Shown here: piece by piece, positions 17,406-28,205 of the stretch
Position numbering within the stretch: position 1 is the stretch's first letter
How the letters are laid out: the number at the start of each line of letters is the position of its first letter
Virus record (IMG/VR): IMGVR_UViG_3300012956_000018
Location: 13,091 to 77,090 of that record
Length of the DNA stretch: 64,000 bases
Direction: 5' to 3' (one strand)
Source: a virus
Lineage: Duplodnaviria; Caudoviricetes
Translations under genes and position numbers: made by a program
The notes under the pieces: generated by a model
Databases searched by the model: none
Told to the model about the DNA's origin: nothing
Seen by the model: the letters and a program-made list of their open reading frames with translations, nothing else

Positions 17406-18832
17406 CAGTACAACTATCAGCTGATAGACCGGATTATGAAGATATTCTTCAACAATTATCTACAAATGTTCAATCTAGATCCGACGCATGGAGAGATTTA
17501 TTAAATTCGTCTACCGGTACTATACTACTAGATCTATTAGCTGGTATAGGATCATTTTCTCAATTTAATATTGAAAGAGCAGTTCAAGAAGTATCTGGTT
17601 TTGATAGTGCTGTACTGCCTACCTCTGTGTATACCTTAGCTCTGATGCTAGGAGTATCTCCTAAGAGAAGAGTCTCAGCCAGAACTAGAGTTACTTTAAG
17701 TATCGAAGCTCCATATCCTAGTTCAGTAACTATACCTGCATATAATCAATTCGATATAGATGGTGTGGTATTTTATAATCCAGAAGATATTACCATAGCT
17801 GCTGGAGCTACAGGAGTGTCTGATGTACTTCTTTCTCAAGGACAGATTATAACAAGAAGTAGTGTTGGAACAGGAGCTACTAATCAACAAATATCCGTAT
17901 CTTCAGGATTTGTAGCGGATGAGAATTTCTTCAGAGTAACTGTAGATAATTCTGCATATATTAGGGAAAGAGTTTCTCTAGCAAAATATGGATCCTTAGA
18001 TAATGCCTTCTTAGAGAGAACTCAACCTGATGGTACTATCAAGATAATATTTGGTAATGGACTATTCGGTACAGTACCAGGTCCTAGTCAGCTTATACAA
18101 ATTATTTATGCTGATTCTATAGGTAAAGATGCCAACACAGCACAAACTAATCTTCCTGTAAAGTTATCAAGTGTTGTTAATACAGTGTTTGGTCAATTAA
18201 CTGTAGTAGGGTTTAATACAGATGCTATTTCAGGTGGGGCTGATCAAGAGTCAGTAGATGAATTAAGATTCACTGCTCCTAGATTATTTGCTTCAGCTGA
18301 AAGATGTATCACTAGGCAGGATTGGAAAGCTATCTCTTTACAATTTCCTTCAGTAGACATAGCTGACATAAATGTGTGGGCTGAATTTGAAGATTTTACT
18401 GGAGAGAATAGTCGCATGAATGTGGTGAGGCTAGTTATTCTACCTGAGTCTGGTGGAGTATTTAGCTCTCAGAATTATTCAGATTTCTTGACATTTATTT
18501 CTACATATAAACATGTTACTACAGCAATAAAAATATTAGATCCTATACAAGTTAATGTAGGAATTACTGCTAATATTTATTACAAGTTAGGATACGATCC
18601 TAATGGAGTACAAAACGCTGTACAATCAGCTATTAGCGATCTGTTTTCTCTTAAAATAGGGTCATTGGGCAGAGCTTACTATTTATCTGAGATATATCAA
18701 GCTATTCAGTCAGTAGACGGAGTAGATTTTGTTGAATTACTAGGCCCTACTAGTGACTTGATATTAGATAAAAGAGAATATGCCAATTTAAATAGTACTA
18801 CCATAAACATGATAACAAGCACTAGATCATGA
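17402..18832 (+). CDS. Baseplate wedge protein (T4 gp6 / P2 gpJ-like)
   Basis: DYEDILQQL, FGNGLFG.VP, GGADQESVDELRF.AP, RCITRQD and V.GVD.V motifs. Confidence 0.9.
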   Translation: MTVQLSADRPDYEDILQQLSTNVQSRSDAWRDLLNSSTGTILLDLLAGIGSFSQFNIERAVQEVSGFDSAVLPTSVYTLALMLGVSPKRRVSARTRVTLSIEAPYPSSVTIPAYNQFDIDGVVFYNPEDITIAAGATGVSDVLLSQGQIITRSSVGTGATNQQISVSSGFVADENFFRVTVDNSAYIRERVSLAKYGSLDNAFLERTQPDGTIKIIFGNGLFGTVPGPSQLIQIIYADSIGKDANTAQTNLPVKLSSVVNTVFGQLTVVGFNTDAISGGADQESVDELRFTAPRLFASAERCITRQDWKAISLQFPSVDIADINVWAEFEDFTGENSRMNVVRLVILPESGGVFSSQNYSDFLTFISTYKHVTTAIKILDPIQVNVGITANIYYKLGYDPNGVQNAVQSAISDLFSLKIGSLGRAYYLSEIYQAIQSVDGVDFVELLGPTSDLILDKREYANLNSTTINMITSTRS

Positions 18833-20709
18833 CAGTAAAATTAACTGATCTTCTCCCTGAAATTTATCAGGACGTACCTTGGATAAAGGCATATATTGAA
18901 TCTGCAGAGGAGATAGTATATGATCAAGTAAGAGAGTTATGTAATAAAATTATAGAATTAAGAAGTCCGGATAAAGCTGAGTCTGAATTTCTTGGCAGTT
19001 TGATGAGATTGCTAGGATTCTTTGTTCCATTTGCTCATATTAATGAAATGGACAGACGAAGACTCATAGCTGATTTACCCTTCTTTTATGAGACTTCAGG
19101 AACTAGCTATTTTATAAAGTTCTTATCTTATAATATAGGAGCCAAGGTAGAGATATTTAATCTATATTCTAATAGAACAGCAATTAATCTACCTCTTATA
19201 ATATCATCTGGATCAGCATCTTTTAATAATCTAGCTGGCCCAGCGCCATTTAGTCCAGGATTATCTTCAGTGCCTGAAGGTACTTATAATTCAGAAAACG
19301 ATGTAATATCAAAAGGTATGTTAGGAGATTTAGTATTTTATGCTAATCAGAATTCTTCAGGCAATACTTTAAATGGATCTATAAGAATAACCGGAACATC
19401 ATTTAGACATGTTGATGGCTCTGCAAGAAATATATCATCTCCCTTACAACTGAACACCCAGTATTTCTCTCTAGATGGTAGAATAGGGAAATTTTACTTG
19501 ATGTGGACAGATACTCTGCCTAATACGAGATTTGTGGCGGGTGGAGCTAACTGGTGGATAGATAATAATGGATCTAATATAAATATCATACCAGTTTATT
19601 TTAAAGAATCTACTAGTACTTGGGTAGCTATTCCTGGATCGATACCTGCTGTAGGATTACCGTTTCAAGAAGAAGAGTTTACTCCATTAATTACCGATAT
19701 GATTATTGGAAAAGGAGATAGAATAGGTATTTCTTCTGCAGGAATAACTAATATAATACCGATATTATCATTTAATTCTATATCTACTTCTTCTGAAGTA
19801 TTTACTGATTCAGGAGAATATTATGATTTATTGGTACAGAATTTTAATACTAATATAATTAATTGGAATGACGCCACTACAGGCGCAAATAATTCTACTG
19901 GATTTGATTTTGATTCTAGAAAATTAAAATTAACTCTACTAGATAATACATCAGGTAATCATCCTGAAATAAGATATTCATTTTCTACTATAGTAGGAGC
20001 CGCTTATGTAGTAGAAACTTATATAGCTGAAGGTACTTCATTAAGATTAAATGTGGGGACATCAGCAGGAGGAACTCAGTACGGATCAGTAGATAGAGTA
20101 GTCCAAGCTCATTATGCTAGAATACTATTTACTGCTACATCTGCTACAGCCCACGTAAGTATCTTAATACCGGCATCTGCTACTGTAGATAGATCTACTT
20201 ATGTAGAGCAAATTAGAATATCAAGAGCAGGCAGATTATTTAGTAATCAAGGAGGAGAGGGAGTATTTGACTATATTTCAGGGTATTACAATTTAACATT
20301 CAATACTGCTCCTGTTACTGGAACTCTAGTAAATATCTCCGGTATTACCAGAATTTATCAAAATCTAGTTCCACTATCAGAAATACCCATAGGTCAAGAT
20401 TTAGTAGAAAATGGTGGTAGTTGGTATTTAACTAATCTAGTTGGTGTAGATTACGATATATTAAAATTTCCAAATCTCAAAGCCCTTGCCGATATATTCT
20501 ACAGAATAGCGCCAGCTCCATTGGTATTATTTACTATCCAAACTGGTATAGTAGACAGTACCGAAGTAAATGTAGCATCAGAACTATTTGATATAGAAGT
20601 AATATTAAGTAGTAATTCAGGTCAATCTTATATCATCCCAACATCTGGAAGAATTGGTGCTATTGATGAATCTTATATCGATCAAGTTGCAATTAATGCT
20701 TCAGAATAA
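18829..20709 (+). CDS. Baseplate wedge protein (gp7/gpI-like) with a large inserted beta-rich region
   Basis: N-terminal LLPEIY, L.LLGF and GT..FIKFL; C-terminal FYRIAP; central insertion. Confidence 0.7.
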   Translation: MTVKLTDLLPEIYQDVPWIKAYIESAEEIVYDQVRELCNKIIELRSPDKAESEFLGSLMRLLGFFVPFAHINEMDRRRLIADLPFFYETSGTSYFIKFLSYNIGAKVEIFNLYSNRTAINLPLIISSGSASFNNLAGPAPFSPGLSSVPEGTYNSENDVISKGMLGDLVFYANQNSSGNTLNGSIRITGTSFRHVDGSARNISSPLQLNTQYFSLDGRIGKFYLMWTDTLPNTRFVAGGANWWIDNNGSNINIIPVYFKESTSTWVAIPGSIPAVGLPFQEEEFTPLITDMIIGKGDRIGISSAGITNIIPILSFNSISTSSEVFTDSGEYYDLLVQNFNTNIINWNDATTGANNSTGFDFDSRKLKLTLLDNTSGNHPEIRYSFSTIVGAAYVVETYIAEGTSLRLNVGTSAGGTQYGSVDRVVQAHYARILFTATSATAHVSILIPASATVDRSTYVEQIRISRAGRLFSNQGGEGVFDYISGYYNLTFNTAPVTGTLVNISGITRIYQNLVPLSEIPIGQDLVENGGSWYLTNLVGVDYDILKFPNLKALADIFYRIAPAPLVLFTIQTGIVDSTEVNVASELFDIEVILSSNSGQSYIIPTSGRIGAIDESYIDQVAINASE

Positions 20710-20723
20710 GTAGGTGAGTTCTA

Positions 20724-23700
20724 ATGGCTCAAGTCACTAAGTTATTATTCGCGAATAATGCAGATGTTCAATTAGGAGCAGCAGTAGCCCCTAGTGATAC
20801 TGTAATAGTATTGGCTTCAGGAACCGGATCTAAATTCCCTCTTCCGGGAGCTAATGAAGCATTCATAATTACTATAGAAGATACTATTACTAAAGCATAT
20901 GAAATATGTTTATGTACTAGTAGATCTGGTGATATATGTACTGTTACAAGACATCAGGAAGCTACATCAGCTCAGTCTTGGTCAGCTGTAACAGCAAGAG
21001 TATCTCATAGAGCTACAGCGTTTAGCTACAATTCATTTATCCAGAATCCTAACGGCGATGGTATCGATATATATGCAAATTCTAGTCTAATAGCATCGCA
21101 ATTAGGCCTTAATATTATAGCTGGATCTGGAGTTTCGATTAGTGCAACTAATAATTTAGTAGATAATAGAGTAGATTTAACGATAACATCTCAAGCACTG
21201 ACATCCCCATTTGTTGTATCTGGCACTACTCCTATAGTGAGATTAAATGAAACTGATGGTGGTACAGATGAGAAGAATTGGGATATATATGCTAGTTCTG
21301 AGATATTTAGACTAGCTCTAGTGAATGACGCGGCTGCGATATCTAGTGATTTCTTTAGCGTATCAAGAGTAGGTAATGATATATCTACTATATCTATTAC
21401 TGCTCTAAGTGCTCAAAATACTATATTAAATTTATCAGCAGATACTATTAATGATATTTCTAGTAGTATAAATCTTGGCTTATCTGACGAGACACCTAAT
21501 GGTATTGTATTAATTCAAAATAATCCTGCTGAATTAAGATTTCTTGATGTTGGCGGTACTACTGATAATGACCTATGGAGAATATTCGGGGATAATGCTA
21601 CGCTATCATTATCAGCACTTAGCTCCGACGCCTCAGCATCCAGAAACATATTATCTGCAGTAAGATCTGGAACTGCCTTGACAGCTGTGGAATATGGCAA
21701 CGGTACTGATAATCCTACTCATAGCTTTAATGGAGATATCATTACTAATCTGCTGACCGGCAGAATTCGTAAGTCTGTAAATACTGGTCGTACTGTCTTA
21801 TGTGGCGGCAGTGATTTTAATTCAGCATTTGGAGCAGTATTAGTATTAGAAGGTCAAGATTATGGTGGCTCTGGATTAGGCGGTACTGCGAATTTCATGT
21901 TAAATACAGGTAAGTCATTACGTGTAAATAGTAGTGATGTGTTTACTGTAGCAAATGCTGGTGCATTAATAAATGGATTAACTGCAGATGCCACTCCAAA
22001 TGCAGCTACAGATTATGTAATGACTTATCAGGCTTCTTCTGGTCTAGCTAGAAGAGTACTATTAACTAATCTAGGGTCTGGAGGAGGAGGATCTTATGAT
22101 CCTGCTGCTAATTATACTTTAACAGGTATCAATACTTTTACTCCTCGCTTAAGAATAAATGATACTAGCAGTACTGCTAATAGAAGATTGTATCAAGTAG
22201 TAGCTACTTCAGATACTTTACAAGTTCAGGGTCTACTAGACGACACAAATCCAGATGTTACTTTCTTAGTCTTAGACAGAAATTACTTATCTGGAGGATC
22301 TGCAGCTATAAGAACTACTATTCCTATTAAAGCAGGAACAGTTTCATCTTCTCTGGCATCTCTTAATATTTCATCAGACACTAATTTATCTGTAGTAGGC
22401 ACTTCAGCGGGAGGAATATTAAACTCCATCAGAATACCAGGAGGAGTGTCTCCTACTGCGATACAAAATACTAATATAGTTGGTGAATTAAGATTTTTAG
22501 GTCAATATGATACTACTGCTGGGAATTATGCTTCTGGAGCATCTATTGTATCGGTTGCTACTGAAAATTGGTCTGGTAGCGCTAGAGGTAGTAGAATAGA
22601 TGTTAATGTAATAGGTAATGGCACTACTTCTCTATCTAATATACTCAACATCACATCATCTCAAATATCAGTAAATGGTAACATAAAACAAATCAGTGTA
22701 AACCCACGAATAATACTAGAAGAAACAGGAGCAGGATCCGATCTTACTACGTGGGATATGCACTTAGATGCTGGAGTGTTGAGTCTTAGAACAAGAACGG
22801 ATGCTGATGCTGCAGGCAGGGATATTTTAATTATTACAAGAGGAGCCACTACTGCAGTTTCTGCTATTCAGTATGGTAATCCTACTGATGATCCTACTCA
22901 TACATTCTATGGCCCTATTATACCAACAGGTAGCGACGGTATTATAAGGCATAATAATAATAGTGAACGTACTATAATATCTGGTGGCTTGACTACTGCT
23001 AATACTTCTGGTGCTGTTATTGAGTTAGAAGGTATTGACTACAGTGGCTCTGGAGCTGGCGGTAATTTACGCATCTCTCTGAATACTGGAAAGAATGCAT
23101 ATATTAACGGTAGTATTGTACTTCACGAAGGTAATATCAGCACCGTAGGAGCCGTCCCAGCTACCAGAACTATATCTTCAGGTACTGGACTGACTGGAGG
23201 AGGAGATTTATCTGCTAATCGTACTATCTCAATAGTAACTAATGCTATTACTAATTCTTTAATAAGACAGTCTTCGGGTCTCAGCGTAATAGGTAGATCA
23301 ACTAATAGTACTGGAGATGTTGCTGATATAATAGCAACAGCTGATGGAGATATTTTACGAAGATCTGGAACTACTCTAGGATTCGGATCTATCTCAGCTA
23401 CTTCTATAGGATCTGGGGTATTGGCTATTGCTAGAGGGGGTACTGGCTTAGGTTCGTATGCTCAAGGCGACATTATTTATGCCAGTGCTGCCAACACTCT
23501 ATCATCTTTAGCTAGAGATACTAATGCTACTAGATATCTATCTAATACAGGAACTTCAAATAATCCAGCATGGGCTCAAGTTAACTTAGTCAATGGAGTT
23601 ACTGGTAATTTATCTGTTACTAATTTAAATTCTGGGACGTCAGCATCTTCTTCCACTTTCTGGAGAGGAGACGGTACATGGGCTATTCCGTCAGGAGCAT

Positions 23701-25373
23701 CCCCTGCTGATCCTACTGGTAGTATTGGCCTAGTGGCGGTTAATGGTGTAGCTACTAGCTTTATGAGAAGCGATGCTTCTCCTGCCTTAAATCAAAATAT
23801 AGCTCCTACATGGACGGGTATTCATACTTTCGCATCGTCCTCAGGATCCCATCAAGTAGTAATTTCAGGTACATTGGCTAGAATTAGATTTATAGAATCT
23901 GATGCTACTGCTAATAATGGAATTTGGGGAATTACCGCTAATACTGAGCAGTTTGAAATAGGAGCATTTAGTGATGATTTAGCTACAAATGTAGCAGCGC
24001 TACGTATTGATAGAACAGCAACATCCATAGATTCTGTTAATATATTAGCTTCACAAGTACAAGTCAATGGACAAGACGTAAGAGATGCTGCTATAATTAC
24101 ATCTGGAACATTCGGTATTCCTAGAGGAGGTACAGGTAATAGTACTTACACTCTTGGAGATATTCTGTATGCGTCTGGCACTACTACTCTTACTAGATTG
24201 TCAGGAAATACTGCTGCATCTAGAAGATTCTTACGTCAAACTGGCACAGGTTCAGCATCAGCAGCACCAGTTTGGGATACCTTAACTTCTAATGATGTAG
24301 GCTTAGGTAATGTAGAAAATACTGCACTCAGTGCATGGCCTGGGTCATCTAGTATTATTACGTTAGGAACAGTGACTACAGGGACATGGAATGCATCAAC
24401 TATTGCTACTACTAGAGGCGGTACTGGTCTGACTGCCTATAGCACAGGAGATTTAATATATGCATCAGCTACTAATACTTTATCTAGATTAGCATTTACA
24501 GGCACAGCAACTAGATATTTAGCTAATACTGGTGCTGGTAGTACTCCTGAATGGAATCAGATAAATCTAGCCAATGGAGTTACTGGGACTTTGGCAGATG
24601 GTAGCTTATCTAGCAATGTGGCATTAAAGAATGCTGCCGCTACTATTAGTGGGTTATATAATTTTACTACTGCACCTACTATATCTAGTAATACCATTTG
24701 GCATTCAGGTAACGACGGAGCATCCTCGGGATTAGATGCTGACTTACTAGACGGCCAACATGGTTCGTATTATCAGAATGCTAGTAATATTAATGCAGGT
24801 ACTGTAGCTGCAGCTAGGCTAGGCTCTGGTACTCCTAGTATAGATACATTACTAGCTGGTAATAGTACATGGGTGAATGCTCCAGTATACTATTCTAATG
24901 GATGGATAGCTGCTAGAGTAATTCAAAATACTGGAGTAGATGGAGCTCCTACTGATGGCATGTATATAGGTTATGGTAATTCTGGCGGTACTACTGCTCT
25001 TACTAGAATATTCGGAGGAGGGTCCACCAGTGCTAGTGTTACTGTAGATGTTAGTGGTAATTTAGTAGCATCTGGTAATGTCACTGCGTCTTCTGATGAA
25101 AGACTGAAAGATAATATTGAAAATATCAAGAATGCCCTATCAAAAATCAAGAATCTGAGAGGTATTACTTATGATAGAAATGATATTAATATTAGGCAAT
25201 CTGGATTGATTGCTCAGGATGTTGAGAAAGTATTACCTGAATTAGTAAGTACTAATGAATCTGGATATCTATCTATTGCATATGGTAATATGGCTGGATT
25301 ATTCGTAGAAGCCATTAAAGAATTAGAATCTAGATTGTCTGATATTGAAGTTTCACTAGTAGGGAGATGGTAA
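20724..25373 (+). CDS. Long tail fibre with C-terminal intramolecular chaperone (peptidase S74)
   Basis: N-terminal LFANNA fibre-attachment pattern; internal repeats; SDERLKDNIENI..AL.KI..LRGITY and GLIAQDVEKVLPELV. Confidence 0.92.
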   Translation: MAQVTKLLFANNADVQLGAAVAPSDTVIVLASGTGSKFPLPGANEAFIITIEDTITKAYEICLCTSRSGDICTVTRHQEATSAQSWSAVTARVSHRATAFSYNSFIQNPNGDGIDIYANSSLIASQLGLNIIAGSGVSISATNNLVDNRVDLTITSQALTSPFVVSGTTPIVRLNETDGGTDEKNWDIYASSEIFRLALVNDAAAISSDFFSVSRVGNDISTISITALSAQNTILNLSADTINDISSSINLGLSDETPNGIVLIQNNPAELRFLDVGGTTDNDLWRIFGDNATLSLSALSSDASASRNILSAVRSGTALTAVEYGNGTDNPTHSFNGDIITNLLTGRIRKSVNTGRTVLCGGSDFNSAFGAVLVLEGQDYGGSGLGGTANFMLNTGKSLRVNSSDVFTVANAGALINGLTADATPNAATDYVMTYQASSGLARRVLLTNLGSGGGGSYDPAANYTLTGINTFTPRLRINDTSSTANRRLYQVVATSDTLQVQGLLDDTNPDVTFLVLDRNYLSGGSAAIRTTIPIKAGTVSSSLASLNISSDTNLSVVGTSAGGILNSIRIPGGVSPTAIQNTNIVGELRFLGQYDTTAGNYASGASIVSVATENWSGSARGSRIDVNVIGNGTTSLSNILNITSSQISVNGNIKQISVNPRIILEETGAGSDLTTWDMHLDAGVLSLRTRTDADAAGRDILIITRGATTAVSAIQYGNPTDDPTHTFYGPIIPTGSDGIIRHNNNSERTIISGGLTTANTSGAVIELEGIDYSGSGAGGNLRISLNTGKNAYINGSIVLHEGNISTVGAVPATRTISSGTGLTGGGDLSANRTISIVTNAITNSLIRQSSGLSVIGRSTNSTGDVADIIATADGDILRRSGTTLGFGSISATSIGSGVLAIARGGTGLGSYAQGDIIYASAANTLSSLARDTNATRYLSNTGTSNNPAWAQVNLVNGVTGNLSVTNLNSGTSASSSTFWRGDGTWAIPSGASPADPTGSIGLVAVNGVATSFMRSDASPALNQNIAPTWTGIHTFASSSGSHQVVISGTLARIRFIESDATANNGIWGITANTEQFEIGAFSDDLATNVAALRIDRTATSIDSVNILASQVQVNGQDVRDAAIITSGTFGIPRGGTGNSTYTLGDILYASGTTTLTRLSGNTAASRRFLRQTGTGSASAAPVWDTLTSNDVGLGNVENTALSAWPGSSSIITLGTVTTGTWNASTIATTRGGTGLTAYSTGDLIYASATNTLSRLAFTGTATRYLANTGAGSTPEWNQINLANGVTGTLADGSLSSNVALKNAAATISGLYNFTTAPTISSNTIWHSGNDGASSGLDADLLDGQHGSYYQNASNINAGTVAAARLGSGTPSIDTLLAGNSTWVNAPVYYSNGWIAARVIQNTGVDGAPTDGMYIGYGNSGGTTALTRIFGGGSTSASVTVDVSGNLVASGNVTASSDERLKDNIENIKNALSKIKNLRGITYDRNDINIRQSGLIAQDVEKVLPELVSTNESGYLSIAYGNMAGLFVEAIKELESRLSDIEVSLVGRW

Positions 25374-25374
25374 T

Positions 25375-25998
25375 ATGACTCTCCAATCATCAGGACCAAT
25401 ATCTCTTCAAAATTTGCAAGATGAATTTGGAGGATCTGCTCCTATATCTCTTAGTGAATATTATAGAGGTGGAGGACTGGTACCTAATACTGGGATTAAT
25501 GTTAATGTACCTATATCTGGCTCTATTTCTCTTCAGAATTTTTATAGTGCTAGCGTGTCTCCTGAATATACTCAGATATCTGTGTCATTAACTTCTGGAT
25601 TATTAGATTCCGTCGTAGATTATTATGGATTTGTTTGTAATGTAAATACCGGAGTAGTACTGGCGGGCAGTATTTCTCCTAGTATATATCAAGGCCACAC
25701 TATATTCGAAATATCCCATCAAAATACAGGTAGTGGATGGAATTTCGAAATAGCTTTTAATAATGCATCTGGTGCTCCGGGGTATGTTTCTTCTTTATTA
25801 AAGAAGATTGAATTTGTAGATAATACTTCTACTAATAGAATATTTAGAACAGCTTATGACTCTCCCACAGGAACACCAGGGACTAGTGTAGTAGGCAATA
25901 CTAGATTAATTTCTTGGTTAGGAGCAGGCGGTGGAGTGCCTCAAGGATCTAGTATGTTCAATACTGGCAGTAATTACACAATTAATTTATTTTATTAA
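25375..25998 (+). CDS. Tail fibre-associated (tip/adhesin-like) protein
   Basis: MTLQSSGPISL..LQ.EFGGS.PISLSEYYRGG N-terminus, commonly found after S74-type fibres. Confidence 0.75.
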   Translation: MTLQSSGPISLQNLQDEFGGSAPISLSEYYRGGGLVPNTGINVNVPISGSISLQNFYSASVSPEYTQISVSLTSGLLDSVVDYYGFVCNVNTGVVLAGSISPSIYQGHTIFEISHQNTGSGWNFEIAFNNASGAPGYVSSLLKKIEFVDNTSTNRIFRTAYDSPTGTPGTSVVGNTRLISWLGAGGGVPQGSSMFNTGSNYTINLFY

Positions 25999-26050
25999 GC
26001 ACTATATTCAACAAGATGACTAAAGATAAGGTAGTAAGGAAGATAAATAA

Positions 26051-28039
26051 ATGGCAACAGTAGTAACAAATGTCGGTATTACCGCTATTAATAATGCGAG
26101 TACCGGCGGTCCTAGAATCAATGTAACTCAATTTAGAGTGGGAAGTGCTTTCGGATATACTCCTACTACTAATATGACTACATTACAAGGCACCTCACTG
26201 TACACAGGGCCTATTACTAATTACACTGTGTTACCTGGTGACATGGTTGAGTATGAGTGTATACTAGATCAAGCAGTAGGACCATTTAACTTTGGTGAAA
26301 TAGGTTTATATCTAGATACTGGAGAGTTATTTTCATTAACATCACTTACTCAATTAAGATTTAAATCTGCACAGAATTTAGGAACTAATGAATTAGGTAA
26401 TCGATTTATTATAAGAATACAAGTAGCTATTCAAAATGCTCCATATGTTCTAAATTTCCAAAATATTGCTATATCTAGCAGGTTGCCATGGGCTGAAGAT
26501 TGGCGTAATGCTACTTATGTGAATGCTACTACAGCTACTGTGAGCACAGATGTATCTTCACTATTTCATGTAGGCAGAGCAGTTAAAGCATCATTCGGAT
26601 CCAGTTATTCATATAGCTATATTAGCTCAGTATCTTTTGGATCAGGTACTACTACTATAGTATTACAAGATCCCATTCTTACAGCTTCGTTGACTGCTCT
26701 AGATTACGGCATAATGGAAGCTAGTCAGCCTAATGCTGAAGCTTATATAAGAAGAGCTATCAGAACTATTGGTACTTATGGCGTATGGATAGATAATGCT
26801 GAACCTATATTAACAATAAGAGATTTGGATGCTGGTACTAATTCTAAAGTGTATAGGTACGTAACATCTAATACTTCACTATCCTTACGATTATATGATG
26901 ATGCCATTTCATCATTTACTGATGTTATGGTATTAAACAGAGTAGGACTTAATCTAGCTAGTATAATATTCCCCAATGGTCAAATAGGAATAGGAGGTAC
27001 TCCTTCAGTAGGCGTAGGATTAGATATCTATTCTAGTGCTCAATTTAGGTCTGCTATATCTATATCTGGATCGATAAACGCTAGTTTACCATCTGGCACT
27101 ACTAATGACTGGTCGCCCTCAGGATTATCTGGAGCATCTATAATTAGAGTAGATACTAATTCTTCAGGATCTAGCCTCAGTGGAGCAGCATTTACTGGCA
27201 ACAGACAAATCAAGATCATAAATCTTGGCCCAGGTCTATTGAATTTGCTTCCAGAAAATTCAGGGTCTTCTGCTAGTAACAGATTTTCTCTAGTCAACAA
27301 TGCAATACTTAGAATAGCAGCAGGAGGTTCAGTAACTATATGGGCGGATCCTACATCTTCTAGATGGAGAGCTGATAGTTATGGAGCTGATTTTGCTCCT
27401 GGTATGATAGTAGAGTGGTATGGATTATCTTCTAACGTGCCTGCTGGATGGGCTATTTGTGATGGTACTAATGGTACTCCTGATAGCCGAGGTAGAGTAG
27501 CTATTGGAGCAGGTGGATCTTACACGTTAGGAGAGTTAGGAGGGTCAGTAACAGTATCAGGGACTACTCAAACAGCAGGTTCTCATAGTCATACTATTAA
27601 TCCTGCTGGAAGTCATACTCATTCTGCCGGAGGAGGAGATCACACTCATACCACAGATCCTACAATATTAAGTGGAGCAAATTTGCCTCAGCATAATCAT
27701 GCTGTATATGTTAAGACTGCTAATGATTCTGATGACGAAGTTAGTGGATTAGCTAGATCAGATGCTAGAGCGTTTGTGTTTAATAGAGATAATGCAGTGG
27801 GGCCATTTGGCTATACTCTAACTAATAATCAAGGTACTTCGTTAATAGATAATGCTGGCGTGGCTAGCCCTAGTGGTCATAATCATACTATACCCTCTAG
27901 TGGTAGTCATACTCATACTACTGATAATCAAGGATCTCACTCACATTCAGAGAGTATCGACCCAGGCCACACTCACAATTTAAATCCAGTCTCTACTCTC
28001 CAACCATATTATGCAGTATTTAAAATTATGAAGTTATAA
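26051..28039 (+). CDS. Second tail fibre with collar domain and HxH needle
   Basis: N-terminal fibre anchor (TNVG...GPFNFGEIGLY); collar (PGMIVEWYG..VPAGWAICDGTNGTPD.RGR); eight H-x-H motifs; ends PYYAVFKIMKL. Confidence 0.9.
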   Translation: MATVVTNVGITAINNASTGGPRINVTQFRVGSAFGYTPTTNMTTLQGTSLYTGPITNYTVLPGDMVEYECILDQAVGPFNFGEIGLYLDTGELFSLTSLTQLRFKSAQNLGTNELGNRFIIRIQVAIQNAPYVLNFQNIAISSRLPWAEDWRNATYVNATTATVSTDVSSLFHVGRAVKASFGSSYSYSYISSVSFGSGTTTIVLQDPILTASLTALDYGIMEASQPNAEAYIRRAIRTIGTYGVWIDNAEPILTIRDLDAGTNSKVYRYVTSNTSLSLRLYDDAISSFTDVMVLNRVGLNLASIIFPNGQIGIGGTPSVGVGLDIYSSAQFRSAISISGSINASLPSGTTNDWSPSGLSGASIIRVDTNSSGSSLSGAAFTGNRQIKIINLGPGLLNLLPENSGSSASNRFSLVNNAILRIAAGGSVTIWADPTSSRWRADSYGADFAPGMIVEWYGLSSNVPAGWAICDGTNGTPDSRGRVAIGAGGSYTLGELGGSVTVSGTTQTAGSHSHTINPAGSHTHSAGGGDHTHTTDPTILSGANLPQHNHAVYVKTANDSDDEVSGLARSDARAFVFNRDNAVGPFGYTLTNNQGTSLIDNAGVASPSGHNHTIPSSGSHTHTTDNQGSHSHSESIDPGHTHNLNPVSTLQPYYAVFKIMKL

Positions 28040-28056
28040 TGTCAGTAAGGAGTCAT

Positions 28057-28203
28057 ATGAAAATTATTCTACTTTTTATTCTAGTTGGTTATTTTATTGT
28101 TGAACATAATTCAGTAATTAATTCTGTAAGATATGTAGATTTAATAAAATTATTTGGTTATTCGATAATTTTAATTTCTTCTGTGATATACTTAGTAAGG
28201 TAG
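28057..28203 (+). CDS. 48-aa two-TM membrane protein (not in the ORF track); holin/antiholin candidate
   Basis: AAGGAG RBS then MKIILLFILVGYFIVEHNSVINSVRYVDLIKLFGYSIILISSVIYLVR, TAG at 28201-28203. Confidence 0.65.
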   Translation: MKIILLFILVGYFIVEHNSVINSVRYVDLIKLFGYSIILISSVIYLVR

Positions 28204-28205
28204 TT

